Shown here piece after piece: positions 30,601-41,407 of a stretch of 64,000 nt of DNA. The DNA is from a virus, in the IMG/VR virus record IMGVR_UViG_3300044991_001301; one strand, 5' to 3'. The stretch's first letter is position 1, and every line of letters starts with the position of its first letter. The position numbers and the translations under genes are program-made. The notes below the pieces were generated by a model, which was not told the DNA's origin, made no database searches, and saw only the letters and a list, made by a program, of their open reading frames with translations.

Positions 30601-33600
30601 ATGGCTACCAAATATTGGAGAACAGCATCAACAGGCAACTGGGGTCTAAGCTCAAGTTGGTCCTTGATCGGTCCAGGCGGAGGGACGACTGCCATCCCTA
30701 CAGCAGCAGATGATGTAATATTTAATGTTAACGCTAATATTACAACCTCCACCGGTGTTTGTAGAAACATAACTATAAATAGCGACGTATATCAGACCGG
30801 TACCGGCTCGATCACCGTCAGTGGCAGCATTTATATAAATCAATCATTTGGTCAAAGTTCCACTGCTGGTGCTATGATTATGACCAGCAGCAGCGCCGCA
30901 GAAATTTATCAATTCTATGGAAACTTTCACAAATTAACTATTAGTAAGGTTAGTGGAACTGTTACTTTACTGAGTGCGCTGAACGTGACTGTAGCTCCGA
31001 CTACTAGTATTCTTAACTTTACTGCCGGTAATTTCTATTTCAACTCCTACACAGTAACTTGTTCGTTATTTGCTAGTTTAACTGGAACTCGGTCCTGGTC
31101 TCAGACTGGTGATATGTACGTCACTGGTACATCAGGTATTGTGTATAACGTATCTCCCGGTGGCGTTTCTACATATGATAGAACAGGAACGGTATATATA
31201 CAAGGCGCAGCAGCAACTGTAACCGCAAATATGGGCGCTTTTTCGTATGCGACCTCGTGGAACATAACGTTAGGATCTCCCTGGACCTATGCTATTACTG
31301 GCGCCGCCTATAATTTTACTCTCAACGGCGCGGCCTCCGGCGCGGTAACCGTATTTAACGACTTTGCTGGTACTGGTGCTAACTGTCCAAGCTTAGTAGT
31401 TACATTCTCTAATTCTTCTGCCGGACAAGTTAGAGAATTTAGTTGGGCAGGAACTTTATCGGGACTTACTATCCCTGCCCTGTTCGCTAACGTTACGTAT
31501 AATATTAATTATGCTCGATTTACTGGCGCCAGTCCTCTAAATTTTTCTGGCTCAGGGTACACGTACAATCTCTATGATGTGACATGGACTACTGGCCAGA
31601 CCGCTTTAACTGGCGCTCTCTCCACTTATTACTTTGCTAATGTAAGTTGGACTAGCGGTGTGTTTTATATTAGCGCTGCCACTTCTCAATTTTATTTTGG
31701 TATTGTACGGAATACTCTTAGTACAGGCTCTATGGTTTTTATAGGGATCGGCACCGTCTATCATATTAATGATGGTTCTAACCCAGCAGATATACAATTA
31801 ACAGGAACACTGGTATTTAGTGCAGGTACAATAGCGTTCGAGGATCTGTTCCATACAACGATAATTTGTAGAACGTTTACATCTGCGGTAACAACTGCTA
31901 GGGTAATTAATTGGAATACATTTTTTGATTCTTTTATTGTATGTACCGGAGTCGATGGCACGCTCCGCATATCAAACTCAACGGGGCTAACAACAAACAC
32001 TACTGATAGTATGAATTATTCTGGTCAGGGTTCTGGAAGTAATACTTGTGGATTTAAAATAACCGGCACCGCCCCGGTTACCGGTAGCTTGTTTGGTACA
32101 ATGACCCTTGCAAATGGTGCATTCAATGTATACGTTGGCGAAGGTGCAAGTACTAGTATTACTAGTGGAACAGTACGAAACTTAGTTTTAATAAACAATG
32201 TAACGATAACAACTGCATCGGTGGTTACCGTGCTAAAATCAGTGTATGCCTGGGGAGGAAGTTTAATTACTCAGAACCTGACCGGGCTTACGTTGAATAT
32301 GACCGGAATAGATTATTATACTTATGATTTCAATTACCGTGTTAGTGTTGTTAATTTTACTACTGCAAGCGCCCATTGGACATTAACTAATGTTTATGCG
32401 ACTACTGGGAATTTTACTGGAGGTTTTTCAACTTACGACTATGGGAATCTTAATATAGTCGGTGTATTGACTTATGGTGGATCGCAAGCAAACCATTATT
32501 TCATTTATGCACGCGCAGCAAGTGCAACCTATAACGGTACTAATTTTGCTGCTTGTACTTATGATGACTTTCAACTTACAGGAGCTCATACGATAGGTGG
32601 AACTGATACCACTCATACTATGAATTATGTACGCGCAGCAAGTGGGTCTTATACTGGGACTGGAACTTTCAACTACTATGATGTTGGTTTTACTGGCTTA
32701 CTTACTGCGTCTGGTACTGGTTCCACACACAATCTTACATTAGTAACAGCGGCATCTATCACATTATCTGGTACTACTGTAAATTATGCTCTTACAAATT
32801 GTACAGCAACAACCACAATTACATTATCTGGTGCATCGTCATATTATACTATTACCTACGTAAGGACTGGCAATCTAGTATTAAGTGGATCTGGAGCACA
32901 ATACTACTCCTATGATGTAGTTGCTACAAACACAACAAGTGGCGTTAATCTTACACTTGGTAATTTAGTTCTTTATCAAGATTTAACTGCTGCGGCATTC
33001 CTATGTACTGGGGCTTCAGCACGGTCTATAAATTTTGGTAATTATAACATAATAACATCAGGTGTTGGAGTTTGGAATTTAGCAACTACTACCGGACTTA
33101 CTACAAGCACTACAGGTGGTGGCGCATATTTACAAGGATCAGGTACAGTATCTTTAGGTACACTTGATCAAAATAATGCCATAAACATCACTCTGTTAAT
33201 TAATGCTGCCTTCACCACAGGTACAATGCGAAACTTTGTAAATAGTCTAGGTTACCTTAACAATGCATATTATCCAACTGGCACACCAACACTTACTATA
33301 TATGGAAATGTAATATTATCCAATAATCCCGGATTTGCCTTAGGTCAAACAGATTTCTCACCCTATTGGAGTGCTATTCCTATTATTATGGGCAGACCAG
33401 ATGGTGGTGCGCAAACTTTGCAAACAGCAACTGATACTCCTTGGGGGCCGGCACTACTTACGCTTGGATCATTAACAATCAATCAGCCTAATACCATACA
33501 ATTGACATACCCCACTGGGGCAACTACATTTGTGCATACTAATGGAACTCTTGATCTTACTAGTTACTCATTGAATGTGAAAACTTCATATACAGTAACT

Positions 33601-34677
33601 AATAATGCTAATGCTAAGTATATCTCTTTTGGTGCTAATGATATTATTATTGCTGCAACAACAGGAACACCGTGGAGTGCAACAGATAGTAATTACTTAA
33701 CATGTTCTGGTACTGGGCAAGTAACCATTAGAGGTGGTACTGTTGTAAACGGTAGTACTAGTAGAAAATATGCAGATCAACCTAACTTCTATCTACAAGA
33801 AAATGCAACAGCGTATACATTAACCTCTCCATTTACTACTAGAAATTTGACTATTAACAATTATACGCCTACTGCAAGTTTCATATTTTATATTGGTGGA
33901 AATTTAGTATGGACTTTCTCTGCAACAGGTATACCAAGTACAGTTACGTTTACTTTTAATTCAAGTCCTGCTGCTACTATATCAACCAATACAACTAGTT
34001 TTGCCCTTCCCTTGGTAACTGTTAATGACAAAACATTAACTGCTGCTAGTAATATATTATTTACCGATATGGTAGTGAACTCGGGCTTTGCTTCTGCTGG
34101 ATATACAATGAATGTCAGTACATTGTTAACAGTTAATAGTGCGGGTTCAATTACGTGTGGTGCAAGTACTTGGAATATGCTGGGAAGTGGAGCCAGTACA
34201 GGATGGAATATGATTTCTGGTGCTACTATTGACGCAGGAACTTCAACTATTGCTTTCAGTGGAGCCGGCGAGAAATATGCAGCATTTGGTTCGGGACAAA
34301 CAGTCAATCAACTGACAAATTCAGGAACATTCACGCCGTCAAGTGGTGGCGATGGTACAAATTGGTTAAATTTAACCACAGCTACTACAGTCCGTACATT
34401 GACAAATACAGTTACACCAGCCGGATTTAAGTTTACTGCCACACCAACAGTTGGTAATTTGAGTATCACCGGAGTTTCTGGCTCGCCGGCGTACCTGCAA
34501 GGAAATCTCACTAATAATGGAGTTTATTTACAAAACATACCATATGTTAGTTTACTTAACTCATCTACTACTGGCGGGGCGGGATGGTATCTTGGTTACA
34601 CTGCAGTAGACAACGGCGGCAGCACAGGCTGGCATTTTATTAATTCTTCTGCTTTTTCAGGGATGGCATTCTTTTAA
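30601..34677 (+). CDS. Large Thr/Gly/Tyr-rich putative beta-helical virion adhesin (1358 aa)
   Basis: N-terminal YW....GNW....W...GG....PT..DDV.F motif; very few charged residues; roughly 19-aa periodic segments. Confidence 0.6.
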   Translation: MATKYWRTASTGNWGLSSSWSLIGPGGGTTAIPTAADDVIFNVNANITTSTGVCRNITINSDVYQTGTGSITVSGSIYINQSFGQSSTAGAMIMTSSSAAEIYQFYGNFHKLTISKVSGTVTLLSALNVTVAPTTSILNFTAGNFYFNSYTVTCSLFASLTGTRSWSQTGDMYVTGTSGIVYNVSPGGVSTYDRTGTVYIQGAAATVTANMGAFSYATSWNITLGSPWTYAITGAAYNFTLNGAASGAVTVFNDFAGTGANCPSLVVTFSNSSAGQVREFSWAGTLSGLTIPALFANVTYNINYARFTGASPLNFSGSGYTYNLYDVTWTTGQTALTGALSTYYFANVSWTSGVFYISAATSQFYFGIVRNTLSTGSMVFIGIGTVYHINDGSNPADIQLTGTLVFSAGTIAFEDLFHTTIICRTFTSAVTTARVINWNTFFDSFIVCTGVDGTLRISNSTGLTTNTTDSMNYSGQGSGSNTCGFKITGTAPVTGSLFGTMTLANGAFNVYVGEGASTSITSGTVRNLVLINNVTITTASVVTVLKSVYAWGGSLITQNLTGLTLNMTGIDYYTYDFNYRVSVVNFTTASAHWTLTNVYATTGNFTGGFSTYDYGNLNIVGVLTYGGSQANHYFIYARAASATYNGTNFAACTYDDFQLTGAHTIGGTDTTHTMNYVRAASGSYTGTGTFNYYDVGFTGLLTASGTGSTHNLTLVTAASITLSGTTVNYALTNCTATTTITLSGASSYYTITYVRTGNLVLSGSGAQYYSYDVVATNTTSGVNLTLGNLVLYQDLTAAAFLCTGASARSINFGNYNIITSGVGVWNLATTTGLTTSTTGGGAYLQGSGTVSLGTLDQNNAINITLLINAAFTTGTMRNFVNSLGYLNNAYYPTGTPTLTIYGNVILSNNPGFALGQTDFSPYWSAIPIIMGRPDGGAQTLQTATDTPWGPALLTLGSLTINQPNTIQLTYPTGATTFVHTNGTLDLTSYSLNVKTSYTVTNNANAKYISFGANDIIIAATTGTPWSATDSNYLTCSGTGQVTIRGGTVVNGSTSRKYADQPNFYLQENATAYTLTSPFTTRNLTINNYTPTASFIFYIGGNLVWTFSATGIPSTVTFTFNSSPAATISTNTTSFALPLVTVNDKTLTAASNILFTDMVVNSGFASAGYTMNVSTLLTVNSAGSITCGASTWNMLGSGASTGWNMISGATIDAGTSTIAFSGAGEKYAAFGSGQTVNQLTNSGTFTPSSGGDGTNWLNLTTATTVRTLTNTVTPAGFKFTATPTVGNLSITGVSGSPAYLQGNLTNNGVYLQNIPYVSLLNSSTTGGAGWYLGYTAVDNGGSTGWHFINSSAFSGMAFF

Positions 34678-34824
34678 ATAAATGTAGTTGACCCAATCAC
34701 TCTTCTCCTGTCATACCACAAGTGTTATACTTATAAAAAGTTAGAGTATCTTGCCGCGCAAAATATGTATTTAATTACGGAACTTGCGCGGTGCTAAGTA
34801 GTATACTCTACGATATTATAATAT

Positions 34825-35694
34825 ATGACTACTATACTGAACCAAAATAGCTCTATCAAAAAAACGTTTTACTTTATGGCCGGACTACCCCGCAGTGGTA
34901 GCACTTTGCTTTCATCTATCTTAAATCAAAATCCTCGTATTCACAGTGGCCCAAGTAGCCCAGTCCACGGCTTAATGCTTAATCTAGACACTCATATTCG
35001 CACAGATGAACTATTCCGAGCTTTCCCCAAGCCAATAGAAGCTAATAAAATAATTGGTTCTATTATTGATAACTTTTACAGTGATGTAGATCGTCCAATC
35101 ATTATCGATAAAAATCGAGCTTGGGTAAATCGTCCCCACTACATTACTGGATACTTAAATACCACTCCAAAAATTATCTGCCCAGTTCGCAACATAGATG
35201 AAATTTTAACTTCATTCATCACCATGTGCCGGCGAAATCCATTTAATGGTGAAAAAATCAATTTCATTGATAAAATGTTGATTCAGGCTAACGTAGAGTT
35301 GAACGATACTGAACGCTGCCGGGCATTGGTAGGACCCGGAATCATTGGGCAATCATATGACGCTATTAAGCAACTATTAGTAGATGGTAAATCCGATATG
35401 CTACACTTTGTTGAGTATAACGACCTGATTAGAACCCCCAAAGAAGTTATGCGTAAACTCTATCAGTTTTTGGGTGAGAAATACTATGATCACGATTTTA
35501 CCAACATAGTAAATGTTCACCCCGAACAGGATATGGATGTGTATGGATTTGCTGATATGCACCAAGTTCGCCCTGATATTTCTCGGTTGTCACCCAGTCC
35601 TCATGATATTCTGCCAGCTGGCGTCATTAAATCGTGTGTCGATGCTGAGTTCTGGAGAGACTTCGATGCAAGTAATACCAATACAACAACATAA
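34825..35694 (+). CDS. Sulfotransferase family protein
   Basis: PAPS-binding loop AGLPRSGSTLL, IIDKNRAW, KIICPVR...ILTS, VEYNDL...P. Confidence 0.85.
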   Translation: MTTILNQNSSIKKTFYFMAGLPRSGSTLLSSILNQNPRIHSGPSSPVHGLMLNLDTHIRTDELFRAFPKPIEANKIIGSIIDNFYSDVDRPIIIDKNRAWVNRPHYITGYLNTTPKIICPVRNIDEILTSFITMCRRNPFNGEKINFIDKMLIQANVELNDTERCRALVGPGIIGQSYDAIKQLLVDGKSDMLHFVEYNDLIRTPKEVMRKLYQFLGEKYYDHDFTNIVNVHPEQDMDVYGFADMHQVRPDISRLSPSPHDILPAGVIKSCVDAEFWRDFDASNTNTTT

Positions 35695-35707
35695 CAATAG
35701 GTAAGAT

Positions 35708-38020
35708 ATGAAGATAAATGTCACTAAACGTTCTGGATTAATAGAGCAGCTTACTATAGAAAAATGGCAATCGCAAATCGCTAAAATCTGTACAGGGATA
35801 GCGGATGTCAGCCAATCTATGATAGAAATCAAAGCGCAGCCGCATTTCTACGATGGTATAACCACACAGGAAATCGACGGTATCACGCTTAGAGCTATCG
35901 TAGACTTGATAGATGTAGAATCAAATCCAGATGTTGGTCACACTAATTATCAATACGTGGCAGGTAAACAACGACTATCTATGTTGCGCAAAGATGTGTA
36001 TGGTGGATACGAGCCTCCCCGTTTGTTTGATATTGTAAAAACAAACGTAGAAACAGGACTCTATACCGCTGAGTTGCTGGTGTGGTATACTGAAGAGGAA
36101 TGGGATAAAATGGATTCGTTCATTGATCATTCTAAAGACGAGCAATATAGTTATGCCGCCATTGAGCAACTGATTGAGAAATATCTAGTAAAAAATCGCT
36201 CTACCAAACAAAGCTACGAAACGCCACAGGTTAGGTACATTGTTGCAGCCGCCACTGTCTTCCACAAAGAAGAACCTTTGTCTGCCAGAATGCGTTACAT
36301 AAAGGAATATTACAATGCAGCCAGTGACGGCTTATTCACTCTCGCTACTCCTGTTCTTGCTGGGCTTGGCACTCCCACTAAGCAGTTTTCTAGTTGTGTC
36401 CTCATTCGCAGTGATGATGATCTTGACAGTATTTTTGCTAGTGGCGAAATGATGGCAAAGTATGCCAGCAAACGCGCCGGCATTGGTTTAGAAATTGGAC
36501 GACTACGCCCACTAGGTAGCCCCATTCGCGGTGGTGAGATTATGCACACAGGTATGATTCCATTCTTAAAGAAATGGTTTGGTGATCTGCGTAGCTGTTC
36601 GCAGGGTGGGATCCGCAACGCCAGTGCGACCATCACATATCCAATTTGGCACTATCAATTTGATGACCTCATTGTGCTTAAAAACAATCAAGGCACAGAA
36701 GAAACTAGAGTTCGGCATATGGACTACAATGTTGTGCTAAATGCGTTCTTCTGGAGACGGTTTAAAAATCGTGAGCAAATAACCTTCTTCGATCCCAACC
36801 AAGTCCCTGAACTGTATGAAGCCTTCTATCGTGATACACCTGCATTTGAAGAAATGTATGTAAAATACGAACAACGAACCGATCTCCGCACCAAAACAAT
36901 GAGTGCGGAAGAGGTGTTTAAGAGTGGAATTTTGAAAGAGCGTACTGATACTGGTAGAATTTATCTTACATATATTGATAATGTTCAAGCTCAAGGTCCG
37001 TTTGATCCAGAATTTCATACTATCTATCAATCCAATTTGTGCCAAGAAATACTACTTCCTACAAAATCATTTAAACGTTTAGACGATGATACCGGCAGGA
37101 TAGCTCTCTGCACACTTGGTAGCATTAATTGGGGAAGTTTCCGTAATCCAGAAGATATGAAGCGAGCCTGTAAGATTCTCGCCCGTAGTCTCAACAACAT
37201 ATTAGATTACCAAGATTTTTTGAGTATCCAAAGCAAATTGTCTAATGATGAAATTCGCCCATTGGGCATTGGTGTTACTAATCTAGCATATTGGCACGCA
37301 AAGCGCGGCCTTAAATATGGTGAGAAAGATGCATTGCAGGAAGTTAAATCTTGGATGGAACATCAGGCATTTTACTTGACTGAAGCCACTGTAGAAGTAG
37401 CTAAAGAACGTGGACCTTGTTTACATAGCGATAAAACTAGGTATGGTCAGGGAATATTCCCCTGGGAGTTAAGGGCTAAAGGGGTAAATGAGTTAGCAAA
37501 CTTTGCACCTGAACTTGATTGGGAAACACTACGCACTAATATGAAACAGTATGGAGTCAGGAATGCTACTCAAATGGCTATTGCTCCAGTTGAAAGCTCA
37601 AGCGTTGTTATTAATAGCACTAATGGTATTGAAATGCCAATGAGTTTGATTAGCGTTAAAGAAAGCAAAGCAGGGTCATTAACACAAGTTGTCCCCGAAT
37701 ACCACAAATTGAAATCGAAGTATCAATTGATGTGGGATCAAAAAGATTGTGATGGCTACTTGAAAACAGCAGCAGTGTTGGCCGCCTACATAGATCAAAG
37801 TATCAGCACTAATACATTCTACTCCCCAAAGCATTTTGCAGATCGTAAAGTGCCCTCTACCTTGATTGCAAAGAACTTAATGCAGGCTCACTTATATGGG
37901 CTTAAAACTCTGTATTATAGTTTAATTGACAAGCAAGGATCAAAGTCAGAGGCTGAAATTGCTCCTCTGATGCCTATTAATTTTGATGATGAAGAATCAT
38001 GTGAAAGTTGCACCCTATGA
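35708..38020 (+). CDS. nrdA: Ribonucleotide reductase class Ia alpha subunit
   Basis: N-terminal ATP cone (VTKRSG), ETPQ, TPVLAG...QFSSC, SNLCQEI, LKTLYY and C-terminal CESC. No intein or intron seen. Confidence 0.97.
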   Translation: MKINVTKRSGLIEQLTIEKWQSQIAKICTGIADVSQSMIEIKAQPHFYDGITTQEIDGITLRAIVDLIDVESNPDVGHTNYQYVAGKQRLSMLRKDVYGGYEPPRLFDIVKTNVETGLYTAELLVWYTEEEWDKMDSFIDHSKDEQYSYAAIEQLIEKYLVKNRSTKQSYETPQVRYIVAAATVFHKEEPLSARMRYIKEYYNAASDGLFTLATPVLAGLGTPTKQFSSCVLIRSDDDLDSIFASGEMMAKYASKRAGIGLEIGRLRPLGSPIRGGEIMHTGMIPFLKKWFGDLRSCSQGGIRNASATITYPIWHYQFDDLIVLKNNQGTEETRVRHMDYNVVLNAFFWRRFKNREQITFFDPNQVPELYEAFYRDTPAFEEMYVKYEQRTDLRTKTMSAEEVFKSGILKERTDTGRIYLTYIDNVQAQGPFDPEFHTIYQSNLCQEILLPTKSFKRLDDDTGRIALCTLGSINWGSFRNPEDMKRACKILARSLNNILDYQDFLSIQSKLSNDEIRPLGIGVTNLAYWHAKRGLKYGEKDALQEVKSWMEHQAFYLTEATVEVAKERGPCLHSDKTRYGQGIFPWELRAKGVNELANFAPELDWETLRTNMKQYGVRNATQMAIAPVESSSVVINSTNGIEMPMSLISVKESKAGSLTQVVPEYHKLKSKYQLMWDQKDCDGYLKTAAVLAAYIDQSISTNTFYSPKHFADRKVPSTLIAKNLMQAHLYGLKTLYYSLIDKQGSKSEAEIAPLMPINFDDEESCESCTL

Positions 38021-39117
38021 GCCTAGAACAATACAACCTAAACACTAAAACAGATTATCTGCGCCGTAAAATGTTCCTGGATCCTGCTGGGCCGGTGGTC
38101 ATCCAAAGATTTGAAGAGGTCAAGTATCCCAAGATTGCTGATTTTGAGCAAACCGCCCGTGGTTTCTTTTGGCAACCAGAAGAGATTAGCTTAAGCAAAG
38201 ATGCTAATGACTTCAAGGACGCCAGCGCCGCAGTCAAGCATATCTTTACTAGCAATCTATTGCGACAAACAGCATTAGACAGCTTACAGGGCCGAGCACC
38301 AAGTCAAGTCTTTATGCCGGTAGTATCATTGCCTGAACTTGAAGCATTGATTTACAACTGGACCTTCTTTGAAACAAATATTCATAGCAAGAGCTATAGT
38401 CATATCATTCGTAATATTTACAATGTTCCAAAAGATATCTTCAATACCATACACGATACTCAACAAATCATTGATATGGCTTCAAGTGTGGGTAACTACT
38501 ATGAAGCATTGCATATCCTCAACTGTAAAAAACAATTACATCTACCAGTAGTAGAAAGTGAGCATATTAAAGCAATTTGGATGGCATTACACGCTAGCTA
38601 TGCGCTAGAAGCATTTAGATTTATGGTGTCATTTGCTACTAGCTTGGCAATGGTTGAGAATAAACTCTTTATGGGTAATGGTAATATCATCAGCTTAATC
38701 TTGCAAGATGAGTTGTTACATAAGGGATGGACAGCATACATCATCAACCAAGTAGTTAAAGAAGACAGCCGCTTTGCAGCAGTTAAACAAGAATGCGAAC
38801 ACGAAGTATATCAGCTTTATGTGGATGTTATTAGAGAAGAAAAAGAATGGGCAGACTATCTATTCAACAAAGGCCCGGTGATTGGACTAAACGCAAATAT
38901 TCTCAAAGACTTTGTGGATTACACTGCAATGGGCGCATTGAAAGAAATTGGAATCAAGTATCAAACTCTCTCACCCAAAACTACTCCTATTCCGTGGTTT
39001 AATAAACACACTGACACAAGTAAAAAACAGTCTGCTCTTCAGGAAACAGAAAGCACGAATTATGTTATGGGAGTGATGAGTGAATCATTACACTATGATG
39101 AATTACCCGCACTATAA
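38017..39117 (+). CDS. nrdB: Ribonucleotide reductase class Ia beta subunit
   Basis: FFWQPEEI, QTALDSLQGR, ETNIHSKSY, LEAFRFMVSF, DELLH. Confidence 0.96.
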   Translation: MSLEQYNLNTKTDYLRRKMFLDPAGPVVIQRFEEVKYPKIADFEQTARGFFWQPEEISLSKDANDFKDASAAVKHIFTSNLLRQTALDSLQGRAPSQVFMPVVSLPELEALIYNWTFFETNIHSKSYSHIIRNIYNVPKDIFNTIHDTQQIIDMASSVGNYYEALHILNCKKQLHLPVVESEHIKAIWMALHASYALEAFRFMVSFATSLAMVENKLFMGNGNIISLILQDELLHKGWTAYIINQVVKEDSRFAAVKQECEHEVYQLYVDVIREEKEWADYLFNKGPVIGLNANILKDFVDYTAMGALKEIGIKYQTLSPKTTPIPWFNKHTDTSKKQSALQETESTNYVMGVMSESLHYDELPAL

Positions 39118-39126
39118 GGAAATAAA

Positions 39127-39351
39127 ATGAAAGCAGTTATTTGGTCAAAATACCATTGTACCTTTTGCGATCAAGCAAAGGCATTACTAACACAAAAAGG
39201 TATCCCATTTGAAGAACGCAAAATAGGCGATGGTTATACCAAAGAAGAATTATTAGAGGCAGTACCAAATGCCCGCACGGTACCACAAATCTTCATTGAT
39301 GGAGAACTTGTGGGTGGGTTCACTGAACTCAAACAAAAATTAGCAGATTAA
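39127..39351 (+). CDS. Glutaredoxin
   Basis: CTFC, RTVPQIFI and VGGF motifs. Confidence 0.93.
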   Translation: MKAVIWSKYHCTFCDQAKALLTQKGIPFEERKIGDGYTKEELLEAVPNARTVPQIFIDGELVGGFTELKQKLAD

Positions 39352-39361
39352 AAGGAATACA

Positions 39362-39667
39362 ATGAAATTCACAATAGGAACAGTAGTTACCTTAAAACTT
39401 AACAGTGGTGAGGAATTAATAGCCAAAGTAGTAGGCGACACAGATATGAACGGGTTTATTACAGTAGAAGAACCCGTATCAATTGCTCCGGGTCCACAGG
39501 GTTTAGGTTTAGTGCCTAGTGTGTTCACTGCGGATCCAAAAGGTAAATTTATGTTAAACACTAAAAGTATTTCAATTGTAGCAGCAACCGATGACAATGT
39601 AAAACTAAAATATTTGGAAGCGACCACTGGTATCAAAGTTCCAGAGAAAAAGTTAATTCTAAGCTGA
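39362..39667 (+). CDS. Small conserved hypothetical protein (possible Sm-like fold)
   Basis: VTLKLNSGEELIAK pattern; SD aagga. Confidence 0.6.
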   Translation: MKFTIGTVVTLKLNSGEELIAKVVGDTDMNGFITVEEPVSIAPGPQGLGLVPSVFTADPKGKFMLNTKSISIVAATDDNVKLKYLEATTGIKVPEKKLILS

Positions 39668-39722
39668 TATACCAGCACTGTTAACTATGCATAAATATAC
39701 TATAGAAAGACAATATAGACAT

Positions 39723-40007
39723 ATGGCACAGTTAAGTAGACAAGGTGATGCAAACACTACCGGTGGAACCATAATCAGGGGAGCAGGTACGGTGTTTGCT
39801 AATGGAATTCCCGTGGGACTGCATCTCAGCGCAATCACCTCGCACGCCCCGTTTGGAAGAAAACCACACCCGCCACATCAGGCAGCACAAACTACAGATG
39901 GTAGCCCCACTGTTATTTGTGAGGGTGACCCTGTCTTACGAGTAGGTTCAGGTAATACCTGTGGTCACACTATTATTGAAGGTAGCCCGGACGTATTCTG
40001 CCCATGA
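39723..40007 (+). CDS. PAAR-domain spike tip protein
   Basis: R.GD....GG.I..G..TVFANG.PV, H..., GSPTV..EG.PVLRVG....CGH.I..GS.DVF. Confidence 0.85.
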   Translation: MAQLSRQGDANTTGGTIIRGAGTVFANGIPVGLHLSAITSHAPFGRKPHPPHQAAQTTDGSPTVICEGDPVLRVGSGNTCGHTIIEGSPDVFCP

Positions 40008-41392
40008 GCCAGTCTGGTAAACAAAGCCCACTGGGCGTTAATGTAAACGGATCCCTATTACAAAATGTAGGGTTTTACATTAATCCGGTCGCTCAGGGTT
40101 ATATGGGCACTAGCAAAACAAACACTGATTACACAATGGGCACTGTGGTTGGAGGAACTTGTCTTCGATTGCTTGCTTATGCAATCAATGATGCTTATAC
40201 TAGAGGAGTGGTGGCGCAGACCCCCACCGGAACATCAACCTATGACAATTTAATTTCAATTGGGGCTGGCACGATACCGGCATTAGGTGATAGTAAACCA
40301 ACTACTTACATAGTATCCGATCCCTCAGCTAGATGGCAAGGTGAAGCTACTACTGGATATAGTGAAGTAGGCGATACTGGGCAAGGACAAAGCGCAACTT
40401 GGATACCTTACAACACTAATAATGCGAACAAAAGTGTAACTCAGTGGGGTTACTTACGATTACCAGCATTGCAGGCTTGGAATGAGTTTAATTGGAATGG
40501 CATACCAGCCGGCGCCGGAATGCCAGAATACAAAGATTTTGTATCATCCTTCTTAACACTTGATGGATTTGTACGCTATTCTAACACTGCTATCAATGCG
40601 ATGAAGCAAGGACAAACCTTCTTAGAAGGCACCTACAGCAATATGAATGATTTGATAAGTGCTGATATCACTGGTGTTAGCTTGTCAACAACTGCATTTG
40701 GTCAAGATTGTATTACTGCTGGTAAAATTATTGATCTATCAAAGATTTTGAAGTTTGGATTACCTTCGGTATTGTTACAAACTATTAAAAAATACAATGC
40801 GCAAACACAATCACTGAGTGTGGCATTGCTATCGGCTGGATTGATCAGTTCCGAAATTGATGCTATTACCAGGGGCACAGCAGCTTCTATTAGTAAGGAA
40901 CAAGAACAACGGATATACGGCGCATTTTTAATAATTGTTGGTCAAGACTTGGCAGATATATTAGTCCCGTTAAATTGTAAAACAGAGGGGCTAGACTCAT
41001 TGGCCGACTTGCTGAATATTAAAAAAATATTCCCAAACTCATACCGATCACTTACTGTTCCTATATATAATGCCAATCCTGGCCCTACAAATAGTAAAAC
41101 ATATTATCCGATATTTGAAGAGAATGCGGTTAGCATTAGAATAGAATCTCCGGAAGTTAAAGCAATTGTCGGCACCGTTGTTCCACCAGGACTACCACCG
41201 ATAATTATCCCGCCTTCTATCGAGCCTGAAATTATCAACGCAATTATAGATGCCCCGCCAAACACCCCTGTAATAGATATAGTTCAACAAATCATATCTG
41301 GTGGAGAGCAAGAGCAAACCGGAACAGCGTTCACCGGTACCTACACTGCTGCCCCCTTTAATAATGGTGACAGTGGTGGCGGACCGTTTTAG
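40004..41392 (+). CDS. Putative baseplate/virion protein, part 1
   Basis: 462-aa ORF coupled to the PAAR gene by an ATGA overlap. Confidence 0.55.
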   Translation: MSQSGKQSPLGVNVNGSLLQNVGFYINPVAQGYMGTSKTNTDYTMGTVVGGTCLRLLAYAINDAYTRGVVAQTPTGTSTYDNLISIGAGTIPALGDSKPTTYIVSDPSARWQGEATTGYSEVGDTGQGQSATWIPYNTNNANKSVTQWGYLRLPALQAWNEFNWNGIPAGAGMPEYKDFVSSFLTLDGFVRYSNTAINAMKQGQTFLEGTYSNMNDLISADITGVSLSTTAFGQDCITAGKIIDLSKILKFGLPSVLLQTIKKYNAQTQSLSVALLSAGLISSEIDAITRGTAASISKEQEQRIYGAFLIIVGQDLADILVPLNCKTEGLDSLADLLNIKKIFPNSYRSLTVPIYNANPGPTNSKTYYPIFEENAVSIRIESPEVKAIVGTVVPPGLPPIIIPPSIEPEIINAIIDAPPNTPVIDIVQQIISGGEQEQTGTAFTGTYTAAPFNNGDSGGGPF

Positions 41393-41407
41393 AAAGTATC
41401 AATCACA

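Noticed and set aside
12108-34511. Numerous minus-strand ORFs over the fibre genes
   Set aside because: These are shadow ORFs from the repetitive, stop-poor antisense of Gly/Thr/Asn/Ala codons, with no SDs or family motifs.
10793-34677. Diversity-generating retroelement or invertible tail-fibre switch
   Set aside because: No reverse transcriptase or recombinase is in the window; the repeats are in-frame coding modules with no adenine-specific variation that I could see.
35708-39117. Intron or intein in nrdA/nrdB
   Set aside because: Both ORFs are continuous and of normal length with all motifs in order.
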